Notes: generated by a model from the letters alone, not told the origin. Shown: positions 25,724 through 39,588, numbered from the stretch's first letter. The stretch: 64,000 nucleotides of DNA from Antedon mediterranea (GCF_964355755.1 NC_092675.1:16340912-16404911); one strand, 5' to 3'. A program made the numbers and translations.

Positions 25724-26369
25724 CCTATCAACTGTTTATTTTTTCTGATTATTAAATTTATGTTAAAATTACCTTAAACTGTTTAAAAATAAATGTATAT
25801 ATGAATGAGGCATATGATATTAATTTTTAAAATACAGTGAATAACAGAGGAACCATTTGAATCTCTCTTTTCAAATGCATGTGGTTAGTCAAGGTTTCTT
25901 CGCCATGAATTTTAGAATTTTGGAATGTTTACTTAACTAATCAGGCAGTTACTTTAACAGTTTTCACTTGAAATAAATTGCATAATTTACATTACATATG
26001 TGTTGTATGTTATGACTCAATAATCAACCACGACCGACACACAGTTTACCGTAGACTTGCCCCAAGTCTGTATTGTCATTTTTTAATTTATTGGTTTTTA
26101 ATTTCGACCGCGATTTTTGTCTGAAAATATCCAAAATCAAGTAATATACGTATGAAACGCCATATGTACCAAAATATTTATCTTTTTACTAATATTAAGA
26201 CAAAACTCCGTCTGGAACCCAGACTAAGTTTACCGGTATGTTTTGTATTCTCGGTCTACTCTTGGTTATATCAGGGAAGGTCCCTGGTTAGATTTAGTCT
26301 CGACCATCCACCTCCAGCATCAAGATAACAAAATACATTCATGTCAAACTCGATAAAAATACACCTGTG

Positions 26370-26625
26370 TATCTTTGTACCGAATGACCATTGGTGTGTA
26401 CCGAATGACCATTGGTGTGTACCGAATGATCATTGGTGTGTACTGCATGACGATTGGTGTGTACACTGCATGACGATTGGTGTGTACTGCATGATGTTTG
26501 GTGTGTACTGCATGACGATTGGTGTGTACTGTATGTCAGATGTTTGGTGTGTACTGTATGACGATTGGTGTGTGCTGCATGACCATTGATGTGTACTGCA
26601 TGACGATTGGTGTGTACTGCATGAT
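26370..26625. repeat. 21-bp minisatellite (~12 units)
   Basis: GGTGTGTACCGAATGACCATT units grade into GGTGTGTACTGCATGACGATT units. Confidence 0.9.
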
Positions 26626-27187
26626 AAAGGTGAACTGAAGGCAGAGGAGGCGTTCCATGTATCTTCCTCCTCATCACCGTTTGCGTTGCCACCGTTTTAT
26701 AGCAAATCTTAAAATCCTAAAAATTGTATACAAAATCTTAAAAGTATCCCACACATTTTCGCGTCACCACACACAATCGGGCCCAATTTGCGTCTGTACA
26801 GTAGTAGGCGGCGCCACGTCGTTCGTGTTCTGTAACCAGCGCTTCAACAAAAAATAGACGCGGTAATCATAAACTATAGACTATAAAGTAAAGCAAACAA
26901 GGGACAGTAGTTGGTTTATCTTCGATAACACCTAGCACTGTGTGATATACGATACGTGGTTCCCAACTAGAGACGCAACTTGACGTACGCGCAATGCAGA
27001 CGAGTTGACCAATGACAAGCCACTGTTCGAATAACCCATCGCTTGTGATTGGTCAAATCATTTACGTTGCGTTACGTAAACCGCAACGCGAGCAAATTGA
27101 CCAATCCATTGGATTATTCGAACCAAACTTAAACGACATAACACCACAGGATTCTGCTGAGAGCTACAAGTAACTCAATGCGAAAGC

Positions 27188-28655
27188 GAGGTATATTCAG
27201 AGCGTCATTCTGACGATGGAGTATTCTCTACTTCTCTAAATTCCAAATTTAGCACCGGTGGAGCACAGTGATATAAAATAGAAATAAAAGTCACTAATTT
27301 TAATATCTTTTCGTATGTTAATACACTGTGCTCAAGTGAAACAACTTTGGCGCCAGAGGAGCAGAGTGATGTGGAAGCAAGTCACTGAATTTTTAATATC
27401 TTTTCGTATGTTAATACACTGTGCTCAAGTGGACCCAATTTGGCGCCAGTGAGCAAAGTGATATAAACGAAATAAAAGTCACTGAATTTTAATATCTTTT
27501 CGTATGTTAATTATAAACTGTGCTGAAGTGGACGCAATTTGGTGCCAGCGGAGCACAGTGATATAAAATAGAAATAAGTCACTGAATTTTAATATCTTTT
27601 CGTATGTTAATACACTGTGCTCAAGTGGACCCAATTTGGCGGTAGTTAGCACGGTGATTTTTAGTTTCACGACATATCAGTGATTTTAGTAATTTGCGTT
27701 CGTTTAAAATGTATATTTATGATAGAACATAACATTTTTTTAAACTTTAAATTTTGATCGTCATAAAATAATTGTCCTACACACTTTAAATTTGGTAGTA
27801 TATACGTTCAATAGATTACTACATAATTCATATTTTTAACATGTGTTTTTTTTTAATCGCTAAAGTTAAACAAAATTTATCTTAGACAAACGCAAGTTAT
27901 TAAAATCACTGATGTGGCTTGAAACTAATTTTTCTTTTGCATTACGGATGGAGTAACCGATATTGAACATTTATATCAAGTTTCAATTATTTTTGAACTC
28001 CATAAGTATTTTCTCGATGTTTTTGCGTGTGACTATTTCGCTGTGCTGCACTGGCGCCAAATTGGATCAACTGGAGCACAATGTATTAACATACGATCGA
28101 ACATAATATATTAACATTTGTGTTATTAAAATAACTGATATGACTTGAAACTAATTGCTCCTTTGCATTACGGATGAATTAACTGAATTGAACTTTATAT
28201 ATTTTTTTTCTTCCTTTCTTTTTTTTTTATTGATAAACAACAACAACATCAACAGACAGTTTACATTGTTTATGGTCAAGACACACAGAAGCCAAAGTGG
28301 CTTGTCTTTTTTAATCCCTAAGCATAAAACATAGACGGACGCATATACCAAGTTTGAAATATTTTTGAATTCGAGAAGTACTTTTACTCGATGTTTTTGT
28401 ATGTGATTATTTTACTGTGCTCCACTGTGCGCCAAAATTGGTCCACTGGAGCACAGTGCATTAACACACCAAAAGGTATTTCTTATTGACTTTATTTATA
28501 TTTTATATGTGCTCCACCGGTACTACATTTGGTCCACTGGACCATTACCATCGTACTGTTTCTATTTCGGAAGTTAATAAAGGCATAAATGGCGCTCCGT
28601 AGAGAAGTAGAGATCTATGCTCCATCGTCAGATAACGCTCTGAATAATAATACGT
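27188..28655. mobile_element. Foldback-like element, copy 2 (uninterrupted by LINE, fewer 97-bp units)
   Basis: Starts GAGGTATATTCAGAGCGTC and ends GATAACGCTCTGAATA; 97-bp units at 27260-27660; core inverted relative to copy 1. Confidence 0.8.
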
Positions 28656-29664
28656 CTGTAAGCGGAACTATTTGACCACAACACAAGTGAATTATCCAAT
28701 CTTTCTTTTGTCAATCCGCGGGGTCAACCTGCATTCAAGCTTTAGAACCCGGAAGTTACCTAACAGTTCGTTGTTTGTATATTCTTATACTGCTGTAAAC
28801 TTGGGTTACCCGCTTGGGTAGGCCCATTTAATAATAGTCCTAACCATTTGCTAACCGTTGGAGTTTATTATTAATTTTCCATTTATAGACCGATTTGTTG
28901 TTTCAGAAAGAATCCGGTTCAAAGATCTTTCAAGACGCAATGCGTCAATTCATTACGCAACTATGTTCTAGAATATGTGGATCAGTGGTTAATATTATCA
29001 ATACGAGGACAATTCTCTATATCGAAAGTCAAGACAACAATTCTTTGAATAAACCATGATACTATAATAATGATATATCTGATATATCAATCAATAATTT
29101 TCTAGCCGCACTACCGTGTCTTTTAAAAGACAAAGAACGGTCGGGTCATAAACCAGGAAATCATTATTATATAATATTATTACCGTTACCGATACCGCAT
29201 TCATTATAACAACACAGTTAGCAGAAAACATTTTCAGTTCTTCAATGTATTGGAAAGAAGTATATTTCTATACTTGACACAGTAAGTTGTACTTAGAATA
29301 ATTCTAAATATATGAGGTATAGTTATGTACGTAAGGTCTACCACCGCTTTTAGTAGGCCTATAGGACTATTTTTTAGAGACGCATCACGTAGCCTTTATC
29401 CAGATGTTCCCATACGTAGATTTCAGAGAGGGGTTCGCTACTCCTAAAATGTATGATTTTTATAGGCCAAATCTCATGCTCATGCGACTGAACGCAACGA
29501 CGGGACGCATCGCAGGCCTATTCAGAGTTACCAATCACAATCAGAACGCGTCGTGTTTTGGTGAAATTACGTAAGCTCGATGGTTGGCACTCTTCTAATC
29601 CACTTTACTTTACTCAAATCAATCAATTATCCGAACTGTTGTTTGTCTTGTGTCGCGCTACTCA

Positions 29665-29820
29665 AGCTTGGTAGGCCACTAGAGACGCAACGCAAGTACG
29701 TAACGCAACGTAAGTGATTTGACTAATCACAATTAAGCGATGGATTACTATCGATAGTGATAATAGGTCAACTTGCTTGCGTTGCGTACGTCCGCGTTGC
29801 GTACTAGTGGGAACCAAGCT
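29665..29820. mobile_element. Harbinger-type MITE related to the 15.8-16.8 kb family
   Basis: AGCTTGGT...CCACTAG to CTAGTGGGAACCAAGCT; a degenerate relative lies at ~26955-27075. Confidence 0.65.
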
Positions 29821-30011
29821 TTAGTAAACACATTTATAAACACATTGACGTAGCCGCCACAAGCGAAAAGTAATCCATCGATCGTTGTTGATCTATTGTG
29901 CTTAACGTCTTCCCTCTAGTGGTAATTAAGCCACAATGGACTTGCGTTTTGAGTCCTGGGAAGCCACTATATAAATCGTTTTTTTTTTTCTCCAAAAAAG
30001 TTTGAAGAGCA

Positions 30012-30884
30012 ATGGCTGTGGCATCAACGAATTATAAGAACACTCACTTGCTGACCATTGAACCTGATACCTACTGGTCAAGAAGAACGACTTCTGATCC
30101 TGTTGATGTTGAATTTGACATCGAGGGAAACATTCTTGTCTGCAACGCCACTGATGAAATTATAAAGTTCAATCAACAAGGCCAATTTCTCTCCCGCTTT
30201 TCCGTTGGTCTTGACAGAAAAATAAAGGGAATGTCGTGCAACGAAAATGGTGAAATTTTTATGACCGATGACAACGCAAAAGAAGTGATAGTCTGTGATG
30301 ATGAGGGTCAAGTAACTTTCGATTTTTCAGTACCACGAGATGCGGAATCATCGATGAATCTCAGAGGATTAGTAGTTTCAAACGAAACCGGAGACGTGTA
30401 TGTGGTGGACAGTTACGCAGCAAAAGTTCTAAGACTCACAAAAAACGGGAAATTATTAAACAAATTAGGCATATATAATGAGATAAAGGGAACATTAGTT
30501 TCCCCATGTTATATAGCCTTGGATTCAAATCAAAATGTGTTAGTAAACGATAAGGACCAGAATCGTGTCCAAGTATTTCGACCAGACGGTCAGTTTGTCC
30601 GATCTCTACGTGGATGTCGCCACCCGGGAACGTCTCTAGAATTCTTAAATCAAGCCAGTGGTATTGCTGTTTTAGCAAACGGTACTGTAGCCGTTGGTTC
30701 ACAAGCTGGGTTGTTTGTTTGTAAAAATGAATCATACGGGCCCATAATTCGTAGGTTTGACGATAAAAACAGTTCGAATGGCATTATGGGTACTAAAGGT
30801 ATTGCTACTTACCGTAATGTTATGGCAGTTGCATTGTCGATACAAAATGCCGAATCCACCATTGAGTTATTCGTTGGATATTAA
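30012..30884 (+). CDS. NHL-repeat (six-bladed beta-propeller) protein, paralogue 2
   Basis: 290-aa ORF colinear with 22890-23789 (SDPVDVEFDI, PCYIALD, RVQVFRPDGQFVRSLRG, GTKGIATYRNVMAVA). Confidence 0.82.
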   Translation: MAVASTNYKNTHLLTIEPDTYWSRRTTSDPVDVEFDIEGNILVCNATDEIIKFNQQGQFLSRFSVGLDRKIKGMSCNENGEIFMTDDNAKEVIVCDDEGQVTFDFSVPRDAESSMNLRGLVVSNETGDVYVVDSYAAKVLRLTKNGKLLNKLGIYNEIKGTLVSPCYIALDSNQNVLVNDKDQNRVQVFRPDGQFVRSLRGCRHPGTSLEFLNQASGIAVLANGTVAVGSQAGLFVCKNESYGPIIRRFDDKNSSNGIMGTKGIATYRNVMAVALSIQNAESTIELFVGY

Positions 30885-30938
30885 GAAAATGTCTTTAATA
30901 TTAAATGTTGCGACAATTAAGAAGAATTTCAATTACAA

Positions 30939-31040
30939 TTTTACATATTCTCTGAATAGGCCTAAACACATTTTACATATTCTCTGAATAGGCCTAAACA
31001 CATTTTAGATATTCTCTGAATAGGCCTAAACACATTTTAC
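30939..31040. repeat. 32-bp tandem repeat (x3)
   Basis: TTTTACATATTCTCTGAATAGGCCTAAACACA at 30939, 30971 and 31003. Confidence 0.9.
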
Positions 31041-31623
31041 CCCATGATTAATGTCTGCCGATCCAGAAGGAGGTGTAAAATGTAAATTGCGTCATGTATA
31101 GGCCTATTATGGTAAATTAGCACTGAATTGAATACCTAGTCGAATAAAAATTATTTAAAACCTATACTTTCATGTTATTTTTCCTCAAAATAAGGCCCCA
31201 CCACATGCAACACACAATAAAACATGACTGATTATTACCATATTACAGTAATCAATCAATCAACAAAAATAATTATTTCACTTATAAAAAGACAAAAGAA
31301 ACAGTAAGTTTTAACCAAAACCATTGTTTGACAGACAATTTAAGTATTTTTTGCTTTAATTTTCAAGTAAATAATGATTTTTTCAATCCAGTTTTTTGTC
31401 AAAGTGAATAACTATTATGTGACATTAAAATGGCATATATTCAACAAAAAATGTGAAAAAAAAATATTTAGGGGAACAATATATTTAAGGTAGAGTACAA
31501 TAGAATGGTTCGTAACCTAAGTAACAGTAACTTTATGATTCCACCAAAGGATAAAAGGATAAGTGCAACCTATTTTACATGTCATATTATAATTATCAAT
31601 AGAAATTCTTAACGCATGGATGG

Positions 31624-32061
31624 ATCCCCATGACAACTGTTCAACATTGCAGATCAAGGTGTGTTGCTTCAAAAGCGCCATCCATACAGTTTACAACAGT
31701 CACCACCCACAGAACAATACAACGCCATTGTAACGGCCATCCGCTAGGCCATTTTATCTGTACCTCGTTACTCAAATCTTTCTGTGGCGTAACAAAATAG
31801 TTATATACAAAGAAAATAATTTAAAAATTGACACTATTAGAAGATGCAAATTATAAAATCATGCAATTGATTGTGCATTTATTGACCTATCTTCTAAAAA
31901 AATATTCAATTTAAGAACAATTTTACATAAAATAAACGAAAATATTTAGGCGGATGAATACATTTCCTTCCGTTCAGTTGTAAGGACTAGCAACTGTTGC
32001 CTTGAGAATAAACGCCATAGTCACCGTAGTCTTGACGACTGTTACCCGCCAACTACAAGGT
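31624..32061 (+). promoter_or_regulatory. Candidate RFX promoter / non-coding first exon with X-box-like sites
   Basis: ATCCCCATGACAAC (31624-31637) fits RTHNYYWTRRNRAC; GTTGCCTTGAGAAT at 31996-32009; donor-like AAG|GTAATT at 32059/32060. The RFX ATG exon is preceded by an acceptor, so an upstream exon is expected. Confidence 0.35.
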
Positions 32062-33307
32062 AATTTCTGTTTTTATTATTCCTAGTGTCCGATTGCAAGA
32101 GACTGCGCTTGCTATGTATATATTCTACTATAGACAGATTACATTTAATTTCATGATGTTTACTGAAAAATGCTAATATTACACAATTTACTGCCTATGA
32201 TTTTTAGCTAACGTGACAAAATGGCGGTGCATGCACGCATTTTTCTGATTGACTTCTACTTCGTAGTCACGACCAGTCACTACATAGAAAATCGAATTCG
32301 TTTTAGCTGCCTGGCCTGGTGGTGGCGGGGTGGTGATGCAGTGGCTTTCCACCTCCCAGCCTGTACATAAACCAATGTTACTCCACCATTCTTTTGACAT
32401 TAATAAACTAAACTGTGTGTGAAGTACGGCAGTAGTTAATTTACACGGAATAACGTACAGTAGTAGGCCTAGGCTAGGCCTATATTAATTCATTTCATCA
32501 TTCGTGATGTTGAAAAAAAAAAAGTTTTTTTTTTCCCTAGCTGGCTTAGCCATAGGCTAGCATTGCCATATGGTTGATGGATAATGATGGGTAGGCCATA
32601 TTATGCATGCAGTGCCCTCTGTGTATATTTTTATTTTAACAAGTGTTTTTGAAAATGGATTGGTGTTATAATATAATAATAATAATAATAATATATTAGA
32701 ATTAGAAATCTATATTATTTCAATTTGTGGATGGGGAATAGGGGCCTAGTTTAAAACAAAAAACAAATAAAATGTGTGGAAAAAAAACTAAATAAGCCCT
32801 GAAGGGCTGCAGAATGGCTTGAGAAATTAAAAAAAAAACATGATGGTTCACAGTGCCTTTATTTTAACTATAGAGAATATAAGTTATAAGTTAAGTTTAA
32901 TCTTGCTGAAAATGTTCGTAAATATACCAAGCGCAATTGATATGTCATGTGTGGCTGCAATGTAAATCCTGTGTGACATGTGCGTTATAAATGGAAAACC
33001 CAGGGTGTGCGCTGAATTTTTACCCTCCAAAAACAATATTAAAATGTACTTTATGGGGACCAAGAGGTCTATATTCCTAAAATGGTCTTACCTCAGTCCC
33101 AACTATGGTTTGGCTGAGGTATGACAGAATCCTAGCTTTATATTATACCTTTACTACACTGGTCCAGTTGTGTAGTTAGGGCGCGGAATAAACAGTTTGC
33201 GGAGCGCTGGTCTAGATACAAAAAAAAAGCTTTGCATTTACTAGTATTTTACATAAATGTTCACTAGTAAATAATTTTGAGAATATTATTTTATTAGTAG
33301 ACTTTAA

Positions 33308-33919
33308 AGACACCTTCCCTACAATTTGTGACGTTTTGTAAAAATAATACATATATATTACTTTAAAAACATCAAACCAGGTCATTCCTTGTCTTAAATG
33401 TACGTTTTATGGTAAATTATGATAAAAAATGAGAAACAATGCACTACCTAAGTAGCTTGCGGAGACTGACCTCTCGTGGACGGTCTTAGGCCTAGCCTAG
33501 CTAGGCTTAGTTTTGTAGCTGGTAAACATCGGTAACGTACGAACATCGTACGCTAGCTATATACCTAGTCTAACGTTGTATAGTTGCTGCATTAATTGTC
33601 TTTCTATTTTTGCCAGACTCCGTTGATACAAATTGGGGAAAACCCGGTATTTTTGCTGAAAAGTCTTCCATTTGTTTTGGCCTCGTGATCGATCAAAAAG
33701 TGGGTTAATTACAGAAGAAAAGCAGAAATATCAATCCGTGCGCAATGCATTTTGGGATTTATAGCGGGCCGCTATAATGATTAGAATCGACTTATTTTTC
33801 ACATTTTTAACCATTTAAAGACGAAAAAAGTTATTGCAATAGGACCATATAGTATTATTTTTACATTAAATATAGTTTGTGATCTTAAAATAGATCTAAA
33901 AAACGTAGGGAAGGTGTCT
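33308..33919. mobile_element. Kolobok-type MITE (TTAA TSD), copy 1
   Basis: TTAA|AGACACCTTCCCTAC...GTAGGGAAGGTGTCT|TTAA; second copy at 49836-50461. Confidence 0.85.
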
Positions 33920-34377
33920 TTAATACTGTACTTTAATAAATTGTTCTTAGTCTCGTCTAATATTCTTATTCACTAGAAGCCTGCTTTATTCATTTCACCA
34001 TTTCTATCCCCTGTTGATCTTGCTCTGTTACAATTGTTGGACCAATTTATAATTGAGTGATCACAAATAAAGATACAATATTATACAAAGTTGACTTTTT
34101 TTTTTGTTTCCTTATTCAGCTGCAAACATTTCAGTTATTTATGAACCATTCAATTTTTAAATGGAATATTAGCAAAAAAATATCTTTTGTTCAGTAATTG
34201 TATTAATTACCTTTTTTATTAATTATGTGTAGGATTTTTGTTTCAAATGAAGCCCAAGTACAGTACAGTATGACTTCCCTGCCTTGAAGAAGCTACTGTA
34301 CTGTAAGTGTGATAATAATACACCTTTTTTTCACTAGCTAAAAAGAAACCACCATTTTCTTTTGATTAACCTGGGAC

Positions 34378-34546
34378 TGCCACACTATCAAACTAATTTG
34401 ACAAAAAAGTGTGATGTGCCCAAATATGGTAGTGATATGCCCAAATATGGTAGTGATTTGACATCATGTCCATGTTTTTTTTTGCCTACAGGTAGCACAT
34501 CACATTTTTTGTCACAAAGTTTGATACAGGTAGTGTAGACAGAGCT
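34378..34546. mobile_element. Short Harbinger-type MITE (GTCTACACTATCAAAC family)
   Basis: CACACTATCAAACT...GTAGTGTAGACAGAGCT; related partial copy at ~59487-59600 in an RFX intron. Confidence 0.6.
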
Positions 34547-35402
34547 TTACAGTACAGTCGACCTTCTCATTTACACACTTCTTAATTACGAAGGTCTTCT
34601 GATTGTATTTTACGAACGCCGTTTAAACGATGACGTCATCAGCCAATTAAAAAAATAACATATTAAAACTTTTACACCTACTAAATTATCATCTTAATTT
34701 ATTAACACTTTGACTGCCAAACACAAAGATCTTCGTTTTTGGAAACACAACGCTTGACTGCCAAACACGAAGATCTTCGTTTTTCGCGTTTTTTTACGAA
34801 ATCCGGTAGATAGGTTAATTATCGGTATATACTATAAATATGGACACTAAATTCGGTCTGGACCGTGAATATTTTACCTTTTGAAAGTAACTAATCTGGT
34901 TACGAACGATTGTCAAAATGGTACCTGTCGAAATAACATACACCGCGTATCACAGTAGCGCGTACAGTGATGGTTTGGCGCATTGTGTATCGGTCGCGCG
35001 CTAGCTATGCTGCCGAAGCATTACAAAGGTTTATGTGGATTGGCATGTTTGTTTGTTATCTGAATAAAAAATAATGGATGAATTTTCAATAAGAAGTCTT
35101 TAATTTTATTATTGTATGTATACCCTAATTGTTTTGGTGTTCCACTGTAAGTGGCCGAGTTTCACGCAACAAACTTGTTTAGAAATGGTATGAATATTAT
35201 CATCAGTTTACTAGCTAGGCTAGTAGTACTAGGCTATAGCCTAGGCCTAGTCGTAAAACGGTTCCGGACCAACTTTAGGCCTAGTTAACTAGGCCTGGTT
35301 TCTTTACTATGTGGATTTTGGCGAAACATTGATGTAAGATTTATGATTTATAAAATGTAATACATTTTTCGATAGTGATAACTTCTTTTTATAGGCCTAC
35401 CG

Positions 35403-38400
35403 CAGGCCTCGAATTTGGGGATTTTAGGGGCAAGGCCATTTGGCCTCCGGTTTTCATTGATTTTAGGGGCACCAAGGCCAAATGGGAGGGCACCAAGGCC
35501 ATTTGTTTTAAATCAAAGGGGCACCAAGGCCAAAATTAAAAAATATTTTAATAACTAGGCCAAATTTAAAAATAGCTTGTTTCCGGTTGAGGGTGGAATT
35601 TTTTTCCAAAAAAAAAGATTCTACCCGCAAAATGTTTTGGGATTTCCCCCTATTCATCAGATTGCGTAGTAGTAGTAGGACTGTCTACAATACATCTTTT
35701 TGTATTTCATATAAATATTACGTGTATTTACGATCTATATAAATAATAAATAGGTACGATGTTCAGCGTTTTATAGTTTACCGTCCTGTGTTGAATGTTT
35801 CGTTTAGTTTCAAATAATGCGATAAAAAGGCATGTGAAGCCAACCAAGTAAGGCCCGGAACAGGTATAAAAACCCTTCCAACAGCATGCTACTCAGCCTT
35901 ACTTAGCTAGCAGCCGACGGAGAAAACATGATACAAAAACAATTTGTTTGTAGGCCTTACCTACAACTATTCATACACAGAGTGTTAACCACGGTAAAAA
36001 TCAAGCCAATTACATTATGTAGTAGAATATAAATTATAGTTATTTTCCGAGTTTCGATTTTTGAAGCTTTTTTGTTAGTATAACCCATACAGTACCGGAC
36101 AGAATTATTGCAGATTTTGAACGCATTCAACGCATTGTTAAAGTGTTGACAACGCGTTGAAACTGCGTTGTCCGTTGGCGTTGAAAGTGTTGAGTTCGTT
36201 GAACTGTTTATTCAACCAACACAATGTGTTGCGTTGAGTTTGCGTTGAAATAACGAACAATCGGATTCGTATGGTATTTACAGATTGCCAGTGTGTATTA
36301 GTAGTAGTAGTAATAGTATAAAATACAGTATTACAAATATTTAAGAAAACAAACATAATGTGTATTTTTCCGCGGAAACCTAGCTTAATATATTACACTA
36401 GGCTAGGCCTACTACTAACGAGTAGGCCCCGTGTGTATATGAGCCGCGTCTGCCATCGCAGTTAAAAGTAGTGGTCATGTCCTCAATTACTGTGTGCCTA
36501 TATTAACTGGAGTATTAAATACCAAAGTTAAGGCGGCGGTGAATCTTGGAGGCTAGGTCACATCGTAATTAATTATTTCCAAACTAAAAACTTCGCAGTA
36601 CTGTACTACATTTTTCTCGATTATTTATAAAAACAACGTAGCCTACACCCGCCGCCATGGAAGGCAACAATACACCACCAACATAACGATCCAGCATGGT
36701 CGTCGTCTTTTTCACGCATGCTTTTCGTGACGTGAGGGACGAACTGATCGAAAGGTGAAGAGTTCATTCATTATGAAATAACGCGTAATTAAAAGGGAAA
36801 AAATCGTTTAGTTTTATTATTATCCATAAATATATCATTATCATGTATTATATTATAAATTAATTATTGTGATGCCTAACGTAACCCATGCAGAGAAAAG
36901 CGTTAAATATAATAACCAAGAAATAGGAATGACCAATTTGATGACAATAGGCAATGTTACTGTTAGGCGTTTTCTTTAAAATCAAAACCTGTGCCATACC
37001 ATATTATTCACGCCAAGGTGTAACCCACAAATATTTGAATAACCAAACAATTCAGAATAAAGAACCACTTTATTCTGATGCAAGACAATATATTATTACA
37101 GGCGAGGTTTAGGCGTTTTCTCTTTAACATACTATTGTTTTGTTTCTTAATATAATTATATTGGCCTCCTCCTGAAACTGTATGAATGGGATGGGAGTTG
37201 CGAGAATATGCGAGCGAACAGCCAACATTTTAATCAGTTTACAGCGTGATGCTTTTCAAAACGCGCAACGTTTTCAACGCGTTCAACGCTATGGGATTCA
37301 ATTGTTTAACGTCGTCAACGAACGGTCAACGGGTTCAATACATTCAACACGCTCTATTGTTAACGTATTCAAAACGCTTTTTGTACTTAAAAATGTAATG
37401 TTGTTCGATTTATAAAGATTTAAATTGGTTCATGGGTGTCGGACACGTCAAATTTTTTAGTTCTTTCAAATTACATTACAACAAACAATGGGACAATTAT
37501 AAAATAAAAACCAAAATAGAGAAACAATATTTTAACTTAACTCTTGAATCTCGAACAGCTAAAAAATGTAGGCCTAAATAAAATTAATTACTTCGTCGTC
37601 ATTAACGATCGTTAAATACGTCATAACACACGTGGTGTTTTTCTTGAGGAAACCAGGGTGGCGGCCTCGTGTGTTGATGTCAGTAATTTCCACGTTGTTT
37701 GATTTTACGACGTGAGATCGTGTTTTCCCCCGGAAGGCCTACAGTACAGTGTTAACTGTTAGACTTGGCATCGACCTTATTATTCGATGTTTTCCTTCAC
37801 TAAACACTGGGAAATATCACTGTGTGTTTTATTTGGTAACTGTCCGTTCAATACTTAAAAATATATCTAAGCTTCATATATATTTTATTTATATTAAAAT
37901 ATCTGGTAGTGACTGCCGATAGGTATTTTGCCTGTTGTTGTTACTGATCGTTCAGGCGTGCAACGGTGCAATCGGCCAGTCTAGTGCTGCAGCAGCTAGC
38001 GTTGAAATAACTAATTGTTTACTTGACATGCTGATAATGACTTTCGTTGAATAAACAACTAAACGTTGAAAGCCGTTCAACGCAACGCAAACACAACGCA
38101 ACGACAACGTGTTGAATGCGTTGGGATTTTTGCAATAATTCTGTCCTGTACTGTATAAGAATTCAAAACACGGACGGACACCGACCCCTTTCTCTCTCTG
38201 TTTAGCCTTCGGCACGTGTATTCTGGACTATACCATTTCCTTGAATTCGGTAAAAACGCGTTTGGTAATTTAGTGTACGACGTTGTTAAACAAGATTTTT
38301 CGATGATCTGTCTGCCGGATTATTGAGGTGGGTGCGATAAAATATATATATGATATACTTCCAACGATCTTCGGGTTGAGGTGCAGGTTTAACTTTGGTG

Positions 38401-39189
38401 CTAAAGGTAAACACCCCTAATTTTACACGTACAGTATAATGGACTACACCATGCAGGAACGCACATGGTATTTTCTTCTCAGAGGGTGCGTGTACGTCAA
38501 AAGGAATTGTTTTTCCAACGATCCGCCGATCCTTCGCGCGTGGTACTCTCACACGACGTTTTTTGTGTGTGAAATTTCTTATCAGAGGGTGCGTGTGCGT
38601 CAAATAGAATTGTTTTCCCAATGCATTGAATTGCGTGTGTTCGACCGGATCGGCGGCGGGAGGATAGGCTAGGCTAGCTAGGAGTGCGTGTAATATTTTT
38701 TTCATCGAAGGCGGCGGCTAGCTCGATTATTGTGCGACTTTAATACTTTCAGTAACCTCCGATCGAGGAACGTTTTTAGCTTGATTATTAAAAGTTTACA
38801 CCCCTGTATATTGATGTACTATCTATACCATGATTTACCACGCACGGCGGCCGGGATGATATTGTTTTGGTTACCCTATTGCAATGTTCGATGTTTTGTT
38901 TACTGTTTGTGTATTAATAAATGCGTTTAGGGAAATCCCCTTCCAACGAAGACAGGCGATAGTTTTGCGTCTCGTCCGAGTCGTGTAAACAAATCTTCTT
39001 GACATTATTTTCTATCTAATTCAGTGGTTTTTATTGTGGTAAAACTCGGGAAGGGCACTCGCGGCCAACGCAAAAAAAAGGGCAGGCCAGTAGTGGCCGT
39101 GGGTGCTATTCATTTTCGAGGGCATTGAGGCCAACTGGGAGGGCACCGACGGCACTGGCCGCGGTGGCCGTGGTAAAATTCGAGGCCTG
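35403..39189. mobile_element. hAT-like non-autonomous element with 6-bp TSD, third layer
   Basis: CTACCG|CAGGCCTCGAATTT ... AAATTCGAGGCCTG|CTACCG; subterminal GGGCACCAAGGCC repeats. Confidence 0.78.
36090..38153. mobile_element. 2,064-bp non-autonomous DNA transposon (TA TSD), copy 1, fourth layer
   Basis: TA|CAGTACCGGACAGAATTATTGCA ... TGCAATAATTCTGTCCTGTACTG|TA; CAACG-rich subterminal arrays; inverted twin at 43786-45849. Confidence 0.9.
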
Positions 39190-39350
39190 CTACCGGTGCC
39201 GTGTAAGTAACTTTTTCGTTGTTTGTTGATCTCACCGGGCGATATTTTCATATTGTGATGTCTTGCACAAAATCGCGAATATCTCGACTTTCTTGCGCGA
39301 AACTACGAAAAACTCAAAAAGTGCGTTACTTTCATTTTACTATTACGATT

Positions 39351-39555
39351 CAGGGCATCACGTATGCAAAACCCAGGAGAGCAACAAATCGCTCTCCTCA
39401 AATCACCGAGGAGAGCAATTCGCTCTCCTTGCAAAAATTTTAAATCGCTCTCCTCAAATATTTATGTTGAAGTTGAAGGATGGTCGCCCTTATTAAAAAT
39501 GGCTGGCCCTTATTAATTTTTTGTACACATTTTTTTGCCTGACAGGGGATAACCC

Positions 39556-39588
<33 letters not shown>

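Noticed and set aside
26339-26692. His/Cys-rich repetitive ORFs on both strands
   Set aside because: Artefacts of the 21-bp minisatellite; no splice or domain support.
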